From Candidatus Krumholzibacteriia bacterium (lineage in GTDB: Bacteria; Krumholzibacteriota; Krumholzibacteriia; Krumholzibacteriales; Krumholzibacteriaceae): 64,000 nucleotides of DNA. The notes under the pieces were generated by a model. It was not told where the DNA came from. It worked only from the letters and a program-made list of their open reading frames with translations, and did no database searches. How positions within the stretch are numbered: position 1 is the first letter of the stretch; each line of letters begins with the position of its first letter. Below, piece by piece: positions 1 to 9,154 of this stretch. The position numbers were made by a program, and so were the translations under genes. The DNA lies in NCBI GenBank assembly GCA_963836185.1, contig CAWIIQ010000001.1, positions 672,001 to 736,000 on the forward strand, written 5' to 3'.

Positions 1-985
1 CGCGATTTCGTCATAACGGATACCGCGACGGGGGAATCGTTCAACCCTTCGAGGGTCGAGATCGTCTCAGGAGGCGATGGCGGCAGGTTTGTGGTCCTCT
101 CTTCGGGAAAGACTCAAGGGAAAAAGATGCTACACGGTCCTGTACGGCAGCGGCGCTTCGGCTCTGGAATTCGGGCCGGTATGCGACCCGGCGGGTAAGG
201 AGCCGTCGGCTGTCGATGGAGGAGCGGCCGGCTTCTTCCGCGACTGTATCGCCCCGGCATTCTCCGCGTACGGCGACGAGTACAGGTTTAACAGGCTGTC
301 TGTCGGATACGATTTTAAATCCTCGAAGGGTTCGACCGACATCGGCATCGAGCCGGTCTTCGGGCGGGGGTGGTTCTCCGTCATTCCCTTCTTTGAACAC
401 GACGGCACTACGTACATGAGCGGAAGTGTCGAGAGGGTCGTCTCGAGGATGAGGACGGGGCTTGACGTGGCGGTGAGGGGATGGGCCGGGCCTCTGCGCC
501 TGAGTTTTGAGGCGGGGTACACGTATGACCGCGAATCGTCGTACTACGGTTCGATACGCACAGCCGGTTCGGCGAGGGGTGTCGGGTTCGTCAGGCTCGA
601 CAACCTCTTCGATCCACTCAACAGGCACGCCGTGAGTGTCTTCAAGGGGATCGACCTGGGGGCGGGATACGCGTGGTACGACTCTACCGAGGCCGGTGGC
701 GGGCTGTCGGACGGGGGTCCACTGCTGGCTGCGAGGATCACATGGACCCTGGCTGCAAGCCTGCAGCTCTCGTACGGGGTGGAGACGTGCTATCCCGGTG
801 ATGAATGGTTTTTCTGGAACCGCGCCAGGGTAAGGCTCCTTCTCAGGGAAGCTCTGGCGAAGCCGCAGGGCCGTTCATACCATCCCGATCTCGAGCTGGC
901 TGTCGACTGGGGCCGCAGGCTTCCCTTCTTCGACAGGGAGGAGAGGATACTGCTCGGGTTCACATTCGACCTGTACCCGTGGTGA
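1..985 (+). CDS. Hypothetical, probably outer-membrane beta-barrel protein; likely 5'-partial
   Basis: ORF 77-985 has alternating beta-strand-like sequence and an aromatic C-terminus (GFTFDLYPW). Frame 1 from the window edge also reads protein-like (RDFVITDTATGESFNPSRVEIVSGG), suggesting a frameshift near 110. Confidence 0.45.
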
Positions 986-1396
986 TCACTCCCCGGTTAT
1001 CCTGACTACGCAGTGTCTCGAGCGCGGTCCGTCGAACTCGCAGAAGAAGACTGCCTGCCATGTTCCGAGAAGAGGCTTGCCCCCGGTGATCATCACGAAC
1101 TCGCTCGCCCCGACGAGAGACGACTTGACGTGCGAGTCCGAGTTGCCCTCCGCGTGCCTGTATTCCCAGCCGGCAGGTATGATCTTCTCGAGGGTGTTCG
1201 ATATATCCGTCGCGACGGCCGGATCGGCCTTCTCGTTGATCGTCACCGCCGCGGTCGTGTGAGGGACGAAGATGTGGCAGATCCCCTCGCTGACGCCGCT
1301 TTCGTCTATCAGCTCCCTGATCGTCGCCGTGATATCCACCAGTTCGTTGCGTTTGCGGGTCCTTACAGGTATTTCTCTCGTCAAATCAGCCTCCAT
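986..1396 (-). CDS. yjbQ: YjbQ family protein (secondary thiamine-phosphate synthase)
   Basis: Motifs HTTAAVTINE, HAEGNSDSHVKSSL, LGTWQAVFFCEFDGPR. Confidence 0.9.
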   Translation of the reverse strand: MEADLTREIPVRTRKRNELVDITATIRELIDESGVSEGICHIFVPHTTAAVTINEKADPAVATDISNTLEKIIPAGWEYRHAEGNSDSHVKSSLVGASEFVMITGGKPLLGTWQAVFFCEFDGPRSRHCVVRITGE

Positions 1397-1445
1397 GAAT
1401 AGTGCCCGGGAACATGATACTCCACGGGGGGTATCAATGGAAGTC

Positions 1446-1474
1446 TTGACCGCTATGGCGGCCTTGCTTATAAT
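1446..1474 (+). promoter_or_regulatory. Sigma70-type promoter of pepD
   Basis: TTGACC-17 nt-TATAAT, followed by a GC-rich hairpin with a TTCG loop in the 5' UTR. Confidence 0.7.
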
Positions 1475-1568
1475 CCATTGCCCGGCCCGCCTTCGGGTGG
1501 CCGGGACTCAATTCAACAAATCAACCGTTACTATTCACTGAACGGACAGTAAGAGGAGGTCGAGGAGA

Positions 1569-3023
1569 ATGGCAGTAGGCGATATGGAACCGAAGAATCT
1601 CTGGAAGCATTTCGAGAAGTTCCTTCAGATACCGCACACATCGGGCAACGAGGCCGCGATGGGCGAGTACGTTCTGGCGTGGGCGAAAGAGAAGGGCTTC
1701 GAGGCGGAGCAGGACGCAAGGGGCAATGTCGTAGTCCGCGTCCCCGCTACGGCCGGCAAGGAGAGCGCTCCCGTGATCGTACTCCAGGGCCACATGGACA
1801 TGGTCGGCGAGAAGAACTCCGATCTCGATTTTGATTTCATGAAGGATGCGATCCAGACCGAGATGGACGGCGACTGGCTCACCGCCAAGGGCACGACCCT
1901 CGGCGCCGACAACGGTGTCGGGCTCGCGGCCGGCATGGCGGCGGCAGAGGCCGATGACATCGTCCACGGACCGCTCGAGATCCTCGCGACCGTAGACGAG
2001 GAAGTAGGCCTGACAGGCGCGGCCGAGATCCAGCCCGGATTTCTCAAGGGCGAGATAATGCTGAACCTCGACAGCGAAGAGCTCGGCGAGGTCACGATCG
2101 GCTGCGCGGGCGGCGGCGACTCGAATCTGACCCTTCCCGTAACGCGCAGTGACGCACCCGCCGGCACCAAGCCCTACACCCTCAAGGTGTTCGGCCTTCG
2201 CGGCGGTCATTCGGGGATCGACATCCACGAGCAGCGCGGCAACGCGATCAAGGTCATCACCCGCATCATCGCGACGATCACGGCGAGCCAGCCGGCGCAC
2301 CTGATCGATATCAAGGGCGGCAACAAGCGCAACGCGATCCCCCGCGAGGCGTTCGCCGAGCTGATGATCCTCGAGACGGCAGTCGGCGATGTAGAGGAAC
2401 TCGTCGCAGACTGGATCGCGAAGATCGCGATCGAGCTCGGCGGCAAGGAGAAGGGCATCGGCGCGTCACTGACCCCGTCGGAGAACGGCGGCGGAAAGGT
2501 CCTCGACGCCAAGAGTCAGGCGACACTGCTCGACCTGCTCATCGCACTGCCTCACGGCGTAGAAGCGATGAACTACGATATCGACGGGCTCGTGGAGACC
2601 TCGAACAACCTCGCCACGATCGCTATGACCGACAGCGAGGCGAAGATCGGCACCTCGACGAGAAGCTCGATCAAGACCGCTCTGCAGGCCCTGCGCGACA
2701 GGATCTCTGCTGACGCGAGACTCGCCGGAGCGGCTGTCGTCGAGAATGATCCGTACCCGGGTTGGATGCCCAATGTCTCTTCGGACCTCCTGAAGGTCTT
2801 CAAGGGCGTTCACAAGGAAGTGTTCGGCGAGGAGCCGAAGACGATCGCCATCCACGCCGGCCTTGAGTGCGGCATCATCGGCGAGAAGTTCCCCGGGATG
2901 GACATGATCTCGTTCGGTCCCGACATCGAGCACCCCCATTCGCCGGACGAGAGGGTCAATGTACCTTCCGTGGCGAAGTTCTGGGACCTGCTCGCGGCCC
3001 TTCTGACGAAGCTGGCCGGCTGA
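1569..3023 (+). CDS. pepD: Aminoacyl-histidine dipeptidase (M20C)
   Basis: LQGHMDMV, GTTLGADNG, DEEVGL, GGHSG, IHAGLECG, HSPDE; RBS GAGGAG. Confidence 0.93.
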   Translation: MAVGDMEPKNLWKHFEKFLQIPHTSGNEAAMGEYVLAWAKEKGFEAEQDARGNVVVRVPATAGKESAPVIVLQGHMDMVGEKNSDLDFDFMKDAIQTEMDGDWLTAKGTTLGADNGVGLAAGMAAAEADDIVHGPLEILATVDEEVGLTGAAEIQPGFLKGEIMLNLDSEELGEVTIGCAGGGDSNLTLPVTRSDAPAGTKPYTLKVFGLRGGHSGIDIHEQRGNAIKVITRIIATITASQPAHLIDIKGGNKRNAIPREAFAELMILETAVGDVEELVADWIAKIAIELGGKEKGIGASLTPSENGGGKVLDAKSQATLLDLLIALPHGVEAMNYDIDGLVETSNNLATIAMTDSEAKIGTSTRSSIKTALQALRDRISADARLAGAAVVENDPYPGWMPNVSSDLLKVFKGVHKEVFGEEPKTIAIHAGLECGIIGEKFPGMDMISFGPDIEHPHSPDERVNVPSVAKFWDLLAALLTKLAG

Positions 3024-3045
3024 GGACCGTCCTGACGAATGGATC

Positions 3046-3079
3046 AGAGGGAGGGAGCCCGGCGGCTCCCTCCCTCTTC
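3046..3079 (+). terminator. Hairpin terminator after pepD
   Basis: 14-bp perfect stem AGAGGGAGGGAGCC/GGCTCCCTCCCTCT with 4-nt loop; short T tract. Confidence 0.65.
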
Positions 3080-3113
3080 ATATGACCGATAAGCCGCAAC
3101 CTCCCCAAACGGC

Positions 3114-3141
3114 TTGACTTTCGGCTCGAAATCTATATTAT
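3114..3141 (+). promoter_or_regulatory. Sigma70-type promoter upstream of tRNA-Trp/trpS
   Basis: TTGACT-16 nt-TATTAT. Confidence 0.6.
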
Positions 3142-3163
3142 TTCCTCTACGGAAAACTTATGT

Positions 3164-3237
3164 AGGGGTGTAGCTCAACTGGCTAGAGCACCGGTCTCCA
3201 AAACCGGGGGTTGCGGGTTCGAGTCCTGCCTCCCCTA
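3164..3237 (+). tRNA. tRNA-Trp (CCA), atypical acceptor end
   Basis: D arm GCTC/GAGC; anticodon stem CCGGT/ACCGG with CCA at 3198-3200; T arm GCGGG-TTCGAGT-CCTGC; acceptor AGGGGTG/CTCCCCT with one U-U mismatch; A73; no encoded CCA. Confidence 0.88.
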
Positions 3238-3307
3238 CTTTTTTTTATTTCAAACATCTACAAAGACTGCGATAATGCGAATCCGGTTTGCCGGAAGGAG
3301 AACATCG

Positions 3308-4333
3308 ATGGCAAGAAAAAGGGTGACCAGCGGTATGAGGCCGACGGGGAGCATCCATCTGGGCAACCTGCTCGGGGCTCTCAACAACTGGGTCAGGCTT
3401 CAGGATGAATACGACTGCTTCTACTTCATCGTGGACTGGCACGCCCTTACAACACCCGGCGGCGGAGTGGCTGTCGGATATGAGAATGTCGGCGACCTTA
3501 CAGCCAACGTTCACGGGATGGCCGTCGACTGGCTCTCCGCCGGGCTCGATCCCGAGAAGTGCTCGATCTTCGTTCAATCGCATGTCCCCGAGGTGGCCGA
3601 GCTTCACCTCCTCTTCTCGATGATCACTCCGCTCGGATGGCTCGAGCGCAACCCTACATACAAGGATATGGTCCAGGGGTACAAGATCGAGAATCCGAGC
3701 CTCGGGCTCCTCGGCTACCCAACCCTGCAGTCGGCCGACATCCTCGCCTACAAGGGCGATTTCGTCCCGGTCGGCAAGGATCAGGAGGCTCACGTCAACA
3801 TGACGAGGGACCTCGGGCAGAGGTTCAACTCGCTGTACGGACGCGAAGTCTTTCCGATCACCAAGGCGCTCCTGACCGAAGTACCCAAGGTGCCCGGTCT
3901 TGACGGCGTCGATAAAAAAATGAGCAAGAGTTCGGGGAACTATATCGCGACCAATCTCAGCGCGGAAGACACTGTGAAGAAGATCCGGACGATGTTTACC
4001 GATCCGGTAAAGATACGCAGGGACGACCCCGGCCATCCGGACGGATGCGTCGTCTACGCCTTCCACGGCATATACAACAAGCCTGAACTGGAGACGATCA
4101 AGTCGGAGTGCGAGTCGGGCGCACGTGGATGCGTCGACTGCAAGATGCAGCTCGCCGGGAAGATGAATGCAGCCCTCGAGCCTATTCGCGAGAGGCGTGC
4201 CGGGCTGGAGGCCGATCCGAACCTGGTCAGGGAGATCCTCGGCGCGGGTGCCGACAAGGCTGCCGCTATAGCGAAAGAAACGATGATAGAAGTCAGGGAA
4301 GTGATGAACATTCCGACGAGGGAGAACGTCTGA
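3308..4333 (+). CDS. trpS: Tryptophan--tRNA ligase
   Basis: SGMRPTGSIHLGN (HIGH), DWHALT, YPTLQSADIL, VPVGKDQ, KMSKS; RBS AAGGAG. Confidence 0.96.
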   Translation: MARKRVTSGMRPTGSIHLGNLLGALNNWVRLQDEYDCFYFIVDWHALTTPGGGVAVGYENVGDLTANVHGMAVDWLSAGLDPEKCSIFVQSHVPEVAELHLLFSMITPLGWLERNPTYKDMVQGYKIENPSLGLLGYPTLQSADILAYKGDFVPVGKDQEAHVNMTRDLGQRFNSLYGREVFPITKALLTEVPKVPGLDGVDKKMSKSSGNYIATNLSAEDTVKKIRTMFTDPVKIRRDDPGHPDGCVVYAFHGIYNKPELETIKSECESGARGCVDCKMQLAGKMNAALEPIRERRAGLEADPNLVREILGAGADKAAAIAKETMIEVREVMNIPTRENV

Positions 4334-5967
4334 TGTCAGATTCAACAGCCTTCTTTATCAAGAAGTTCCGTGAGAACCTCGATACTCCTGAAGAGCCGGG
4401 TCAGTGGTACAGACCGAGGCCGTACCGGAACGCGGTGGTGAGGTTCCGCGACTGCTCGATCGATGATTTCGAACAGCGGCGTGACATCCTGATAAACGAG
4501 GCCGGACTGAACGCCTTTCTATTCAGGGCTGACAGGATCCCCGGGTGCGATCTTCTCTCCGATTCGGGGACGACGACGATGACGATGGACCAGTGGGCCG
4601 CCATGATGCTCGGCGACGAGTCTTACGGCTCGAACGAGGGTTACTTCGAGCTCAAGGCGCAGTTCTCCGAGACATTCGGATCCGGCTGGTGCGAAAAGGA
4701 TAACTCTTCAGGGGGCTCTTCCGAGAGCCTCTTTTTGTTTCACCAGGGGAGGGCGGCCGAGAACGCGTTCTTCTCGATTCTCGGCAGACAGCTGGCCGCG
4801 TCCGGAAAGGGAAGCAGTGCTCCTCCCTCTGACGGGCTGATGCCGGAACTCAAAAGCCGCATCGAGTCGAAACTCGGCATCAACGGCCATGGTCACGGCG
4901 AGAACCTCTGGATCATTCCGAGCAATTCCCATTTCGATACTACTCAGGGGAACGTAGAGGACAAGGGCATGATACCGCTCAACCTGCCCTGCCGCGAGCA
5001 TCTCGATGGCGACGAGATATTCCCCTTCCGGGGCAACATGGACGTCGAAGAGCTCGATAATCTCCTCGAGCACGAGAAGGACCGCGTGCCGCTCGTCTAC
5101 CTGACGATCACGAACAACACCGGGGGCGGACAGCCCGTCTCGATAGACAATATCCGCAAGATCCGCAATGTCACGCGCAAGCACGGCGTCCCCTTCTTCT
5201 TCGATGCGTGCAGGTTCGCCGAGAACGCATGGTTTATAAAGAAGCGCGAGGACGAGTTCTGGGACAGCTCTATCAGTAAGATCGTCCACGAGATGTTCCG
5301 CTACGCCGACGGTTTTCATATCAGCCTCAAGAAGGACGGCCTCGTCAACATGGGCGGGGCGCTGGTGATCCGCAAGGACGGCGATTTTTCGAAGAAGTTC
5401 CCCCGCTTCAAGGAAGGGATCACTGACCACCAGATCATGGCCGAGGGCCATCCGACCTACGGCGGGCTGCCGGGCAGGGACCTCAAGGCCATATCGGAGG
5501 GCCTCAGGACAGTGGTCCACGATGAGTATCTCGATGCGAGGATCGGGCAGGTAGTGAGGTTCGGCAAGCACCTCTTCGAGGCCGGGATACCTGTGATCAG
5601 GCCGATCGGCGGGCATGCCGTCTATATCGATCTCGACAAATTCTTCGAAGGCACCGCCGCCGACGATGAGTTCAAGGGTATATCCCTGACCGCGCTCCTC
5701 CTGATAGCGGGCCACCGCGTCTGCGAGCTCGGCCTCTACGCGTTCGGCAGCTATGACGGCGAGAAGGAGACACCACCTGAGCCGAGGGTCAATTATGTGC
5801 GGGCCGCCGTGCCGAGGCTGGCATACGAGGATCAGGACCTCTTTTCCGTGGTCGAGGCACTCAGGGTACTCGCCGATAACCGCGACAGGATACCTGCCGT
5901 AAATGTAGAGTACGGAAGGGATCTGAGCCTCAGGCACTTCAAGAGCCGCTTCTCGTTCAGGGGCTGA
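4333..5967 (+). CDS. tnaA: Tryptophanase (beta-eliminating PLP lyase family)
   Basis: DLLSDSGT, GDESY, HQGRAAE, HFDTT, TNNTGGGQPVS, DACRFAENA, SLKKD (PLP Lys), TYGGL. C-terminal LRHF matches tryptophanase (TPL has LRFF). TGATG overlap with trpS. Confidence 0.85.
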   Translation: MSDSTAFFIKKFRENLDTPEEPGQWYRPRPYRNAVVRFRDCSIDDFEQRRDILINEAGLNAFLFRADRIPGCDLLSDSGTTTMTMDQWAAMMLGDESYGSNEGYFELKAQFSETFGSGWCEKDNSSGGSSESLFLFHQGRAAENAFFSILGRQLAASGKGSSAPPSDGLMPELKSRIESKLGINGHGHGENLWIIPSNSHFDTTQGNVEDKGMIPLNLPCREHLDGDEIFPFRGNMDVEELDNLLEHEKDRVPLVYLTITNNTGGGQPVSIDNIRKIRNVTRKHGVPFFFDACRFAENAWFIKKREDEFWDSSISKIVHEMFRYADGFHISLKKDGLVNMGGALVIRKDGDFSKKFPRFKEGITDHQIMAEGHPTYGGLPGRDLKAISEGLRTVVHDEYLDARIGQVVRFGKHLFEAGIPVIRPIGGHAVYIDLDKFFEGTAADDEFKGISLTALLLIAGHRVCELGLYAFGSYDGEKETPPEPRVNYVRAAVPRLAYEDQDLFSVVEALRVLADNRDRIPAVNVEYGRDLSLRHFKSRFSFRG

Positions 5968-6074
5968 CAGGGACGGATCCGCCACTTTTAGAGTATTATC
6001 CGTAAAATGGAATATTTCATGCTTGTGATGACCTGTTCAGTGTCATAACTGGGATATTTCGAAGCGGATAATAG

Positions 6075-7775
6075 ATGGAACGCGAACATTTCTTTGACAC
6101 CGTATACTCACCGGCCAGAGACAAGGATGAGCTGATAAGGGAGCTCTCCGCCGTCATGGAGATGGCAGAGGCCATGAACTCGAGGCTCGACCTTGACCAC
6201 ATCCTCTCCAAGATGTCGGGTGAGCTGGCCCGCATCATCGATTACGACCTGGGCTGTCTCGCCATCTACGAGAAGGACGACAACTGCCTCTACATAAGAC
6301 ATGTCTACCGGCCGAACGGCGATACCTCGTTCGAGGGTCGATTCGTTCCGCTCGAGGAATCGAACATCGTGGGCTGGGTGGCGATAAACAGGAAGCCGGT
6401 CCTGAGGCGCGATATATCAGTCGATAACAGGTTCTCCGAGATCATGAAGGAAGATAATCTCGGCTCGGACATAGTCGTTCCGCTCATAGCGAAAGACCTG
6501 CTGATCGGTACGCTCAACCTCGGAAGCTACGACAAGAACCGTTTCAGCGAGTTCGATCTGGAACTAGTGACCAAGTTCAGCCAGCTGACATCGATCGCCA
6601 TAGAGAACTCACAGCTGATAGAGAGCCACAGGGCGCTGGGGGAGAAGTACCGGACCCTGATGAGCCATGCAAGCGATGTGATCATGCTGATAAACTATTC
6701 AGGTGAAGTAGTGGAGTGCAACGACGTCGTCTACAGGCGTTTTGGTTATTCGCCCGAAGAGATGATCGGCAAGAATTACTGGCTCTTTACGACTCCAGAC
6801 AGGAGGGATCTCTCCCGGACCAATCTTGCGAAAGTACTGAAGGGAGAATCGGCCAACCTTATCGAGGTCCCCTATCTCAAGAAGAACGGTGAGATCGTCT
6901 ACATGGATGTTGCCGCGACGCTCGTCAAGATCAAGGGGCATCCGTACATCCTTGGAGTCGGACATGATGTAACAGACAGGAAGATACTTGAAGAGCGTAT
7001 CACCGTTCAGAACAGGGAACTGACAGAGGTCAACAGGAAGCTGATGCAGCTCGACAGGCTGAAGAGCGAGTTTCTAGGGCGCATAAGCCATGAGCTCAGG
7101 ACGCCTCTGTCGATAATCATGGCATACTCCGACACTCTGATAGAAGATTCCGGATTCGAGATAGAACGTACCATGAGACGGGAGTTCCTCGAGATCATCG
7201 ATGCCCAGTCGAAGAAACTTCTCACGGCTATCAACGATCTGCTCGACCTCTCCAAGGTCGAGGTATCCGATACGATGCTCAACGTCACCGAGGCGAGTAT
7301 AAACGAGATGATCAGTCTGTCTGTAAAGATGGCCGAGCCCGCGGCCCGCAAGAGCGGCATCACTATCGTGACCGAGCTCGATGATTCGATCCCGATCGCG
7401 GCCTTCGATCCCCAGAGGATAAGGCAGGTCTGCGTTAACCTTCTTGGCAACGCCGTCAAGTTTTCCGATCCCGGCGGGAAGGTGACCGTTTCCTCGGTAT
7501 GCGGTAATGGAGAGATAATAGTCTCTGTACGGGATGAAGGTCCCGGCCTGGATCCGGAGGAAACGCGGGAGATATTCGAAAATTTCACCCAGGTAGACGG
7601 GGGAACAGACAGGAGCAGGAATGGTCTCGGTATCGGCCTGCGCCTCGTTAATCACTATATCACGTTGCACAGGGGAAGGATCTGGGTGGAAAGCAAGAAG
7701 GGTGAAGGGTCAGTGTTCAGATTCGCTCTGCCGATGTCGAACTGCCTGTCGGACAAAGTAAAGATCTCACAGTAA
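6075..7775 (+). CDS. Cytoplasmic GAF-PAS sensor histidine kinase
   Basis: GAF (GWVAINRKP, VVPLIAK), PAS, H-box ISHELRTPLS, NLLGNAVKF, DEGPG, GLGIGL. Confidence 0.92.
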   Translation: MEREHFFDTVYSPARDKDELIRELSAVMEMAEAMNSRLDLDHILSKMSGELARIIDYDLGCLAIYEKDDNCLYIRHVYRPNGDTSFEGRFVPLEESNIVGWVAINRKPVLRRDISVDNRFSEIMKEDNLGSDIVVPLIAKDLLIGTLNLGSYDKNRFSEFDLELVTKFSQLTSIAIENSQLIESHRALGEKYRTLMSHASDVIMLINYSGEVVECNDVVYRRFGYSPEEMIGKNYWLFTTPDRRDLSRTNLAKVLKGESANLIEVPYLKKNGEIVYMDVAATLVKIKGHPYILGVGHDVTDRKILEERITVQNRELTEVNRKLMQLDRLKSEFLGRISHELRTPLSIIMAYSDTLIEDSGFEIERTMRREFLEIIDAQSKKLLTAINDLLDLSKVEVSDTMLNVTEASINEMISLSVKMAEPAARKSGITIVTELDDSIPIAAFDPQRIRQVCVNLLGNAVKFSDPGGKVTVSSVCGNGEIIVSVRDEGPGLDPEETREIFENFTQVDGGTDRSRNGLGIGLRLVNHYITLHRGRIWVESKKGEGSVFRFALPMSNCLSDKVKISQ

Positions 7776-7778
7776 ATA

Positions 7779-8762
7779 TCAGACCACCGTTACGACGCCG
7801 CTCTCCAGGGATATCTCCCTCGAGATCGAGGTAACCGCAAGGCCGCCTATCCGTGCTGAACCCTCGTGCATAGTCGATTCATCGACTTCTACAAGGATGC
7901 GCGCCAGGTTGCTGCTGTCGTTGCCCTGCTCCATGATCATCTCTCCCGATGTGACGATGCCGTGACGGAGAAGGTAGTTGCCCAGGCCCGCAGCAGCTGT
8001 CCCGGTACCCGGATCCTCCCACATCCCGACGGCTGGAGCGAAATGCCTCGAATACGAAACGCAGTCCTCGTTGAAGGCGTCGGTAGAGAATATGTGATTC
8101 GTATGTATTCCGTCCTTCTTGTTCGACAGGCCCAGCTTGATCAGGTCGGGATTGAGATCGAGGATGGTCTCCTTGTTTTTTACAGGAACCATCAGCTGGT
8201 TGAGTCCTGTCGATATTATCTCCATCGGCAGCCCAGTACCGCTTATCTCCGATGGATCGATGCCAAGTATGCCCGCGATCTCAGCGACTGGTATGCTGGC
8301 GGGTGAATGATCCTTGATCGACTGATGCATCATTATCCTGTGAAGTTCACCGCAGGCCAGGCCGTTTCTCAGGGCCACACGGTCGCTCCCTGTTTCGGGA
8401 GAGTCGGTGCTGTAGAATATGAGGTCGATGGCTATGTTGCCGGCGTTGGTTTCCATGTTGACGGTAGTCACACCGTCATGGACCTGTATACGGCCGTCCT
8501 CGAGAAGCGCCCAGGTGGCGGCGATCAGGACGTGGCCGCTCAGATCCACTTCTTCGCTCGGAGTGAAGAACCTTACCCTGAAATCCGTGTCTAGAGATTC
8601 GGGCATGGTGACGATTGCCGTCTCGGAGAGATTCATCTCGCCGGCGATCTTCATCATCTCACCGGAATGCAGACCATCCCCGTTAGTGATGATTCCGGCT
8701 GGATTTCCGCCGAATGGATGTGTTGTAAAAGCATCCACCTGCTTGACGATCAGGTTCCTCAT
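7779..8762 (-). CDS. PhzF family isomerase/epimerase (paralogue 1)
   Basis: VDAFTTHPFGGNPA, NLSETA, RFFTPSEEVDLSGH, SRHFAPAVGMWEDPGTG, MEQG; start chosen from RBS AAGGAGAG. Confidence 0.88.
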   Translation of the reverse strand: MRNLIVKQVDAFTTHPFGGNPAGIITNGDGLHSGEMMKIAGEMNLSETAIVTMPESLDTDFRVRFFTPSEEVDLSGHVLIAATWALLEDGRIQVHDGVTTVNMETNAGNIAIDLIFYSTDSPETGSDRVALRNGLACGELHRIMMHQSIKDHSPASIPVAEIAGILGIDPSEISGTGLPMEIISTGLNQLMVPVKNKETILDLNPDLIKLGLSNKKDGIHTNHIFSTDAFNEDCVSYSRHFAPAVGMWEDPGTGTAAAGLGNYLLRHGIVTSGEMIMEQGNDSSNLARILVEVDESTMHEGSARIGGLAVTSISREISLESGVVTVV

Positions 8763-8973
8763 TGTCGCTCTCCTTTGACGCTCCAGTTGCAAAAAGCAAT
8801 AAACAGGTGCACTTTCTCGCGTCGTACCCCGTCCTGTATCCCCATTCCCGATAGGTCCCTGTCGTTCCTGAAACGTCATAAACCCATGAAACCAGGCAGA
8901 TTACGACATATTATGCGCAGGCTGGGCGTACGAGTTGTAATTCCCGCCCGGTCAAGCGCTGTTCGTCTGCTTG

Positions 8974-8989
8974 TGGTATGGCAATTGCA
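8974..8989 (+). promoter_or_regulatory. Putative sigma54 (-24/-12) promoter of the che operon
   Basis: TGGTATG-GCAA-TTGCA versus consensus TGGCACG-N4-TTGCW, exact spacing. Confidence 0.65.
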
Positions 8990-9154
8990 GTTCCGGTTTC
9001 CGGCAGCAGCCCCCGATTTTTAGGGGCAGTACAGTGCATAAGAGTAAAAACAACAGGGCGACACGAGTCTCAGGGGCAATATGTCCCGGGGGTGAGAGCC
9101 GCCCGATGATTTTCATCTTGACCGGGCGGTCATCACCGCCTGTGCGGGAGGCGG

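Noticed and set aside
3164-3250. tRNA as an integration (att) site of a genomic island
   Set aside because: No integrase and no repeat of the tRNA 3' end noticed in the window.
3023-3308. T-box riboswitch or TnaC-like leader peptide before trpS/tnaA
   Set aside because: No T-box consensus or long stem I, and no short Trp-containing leader ORF; the space is occupied by a terminator, a promoter and the tRNA.
7779-8762. Phenazine biosynthesis cluster
   Set aside because: Only PhzF-family genes are present; no phzA/B/D/E/G.
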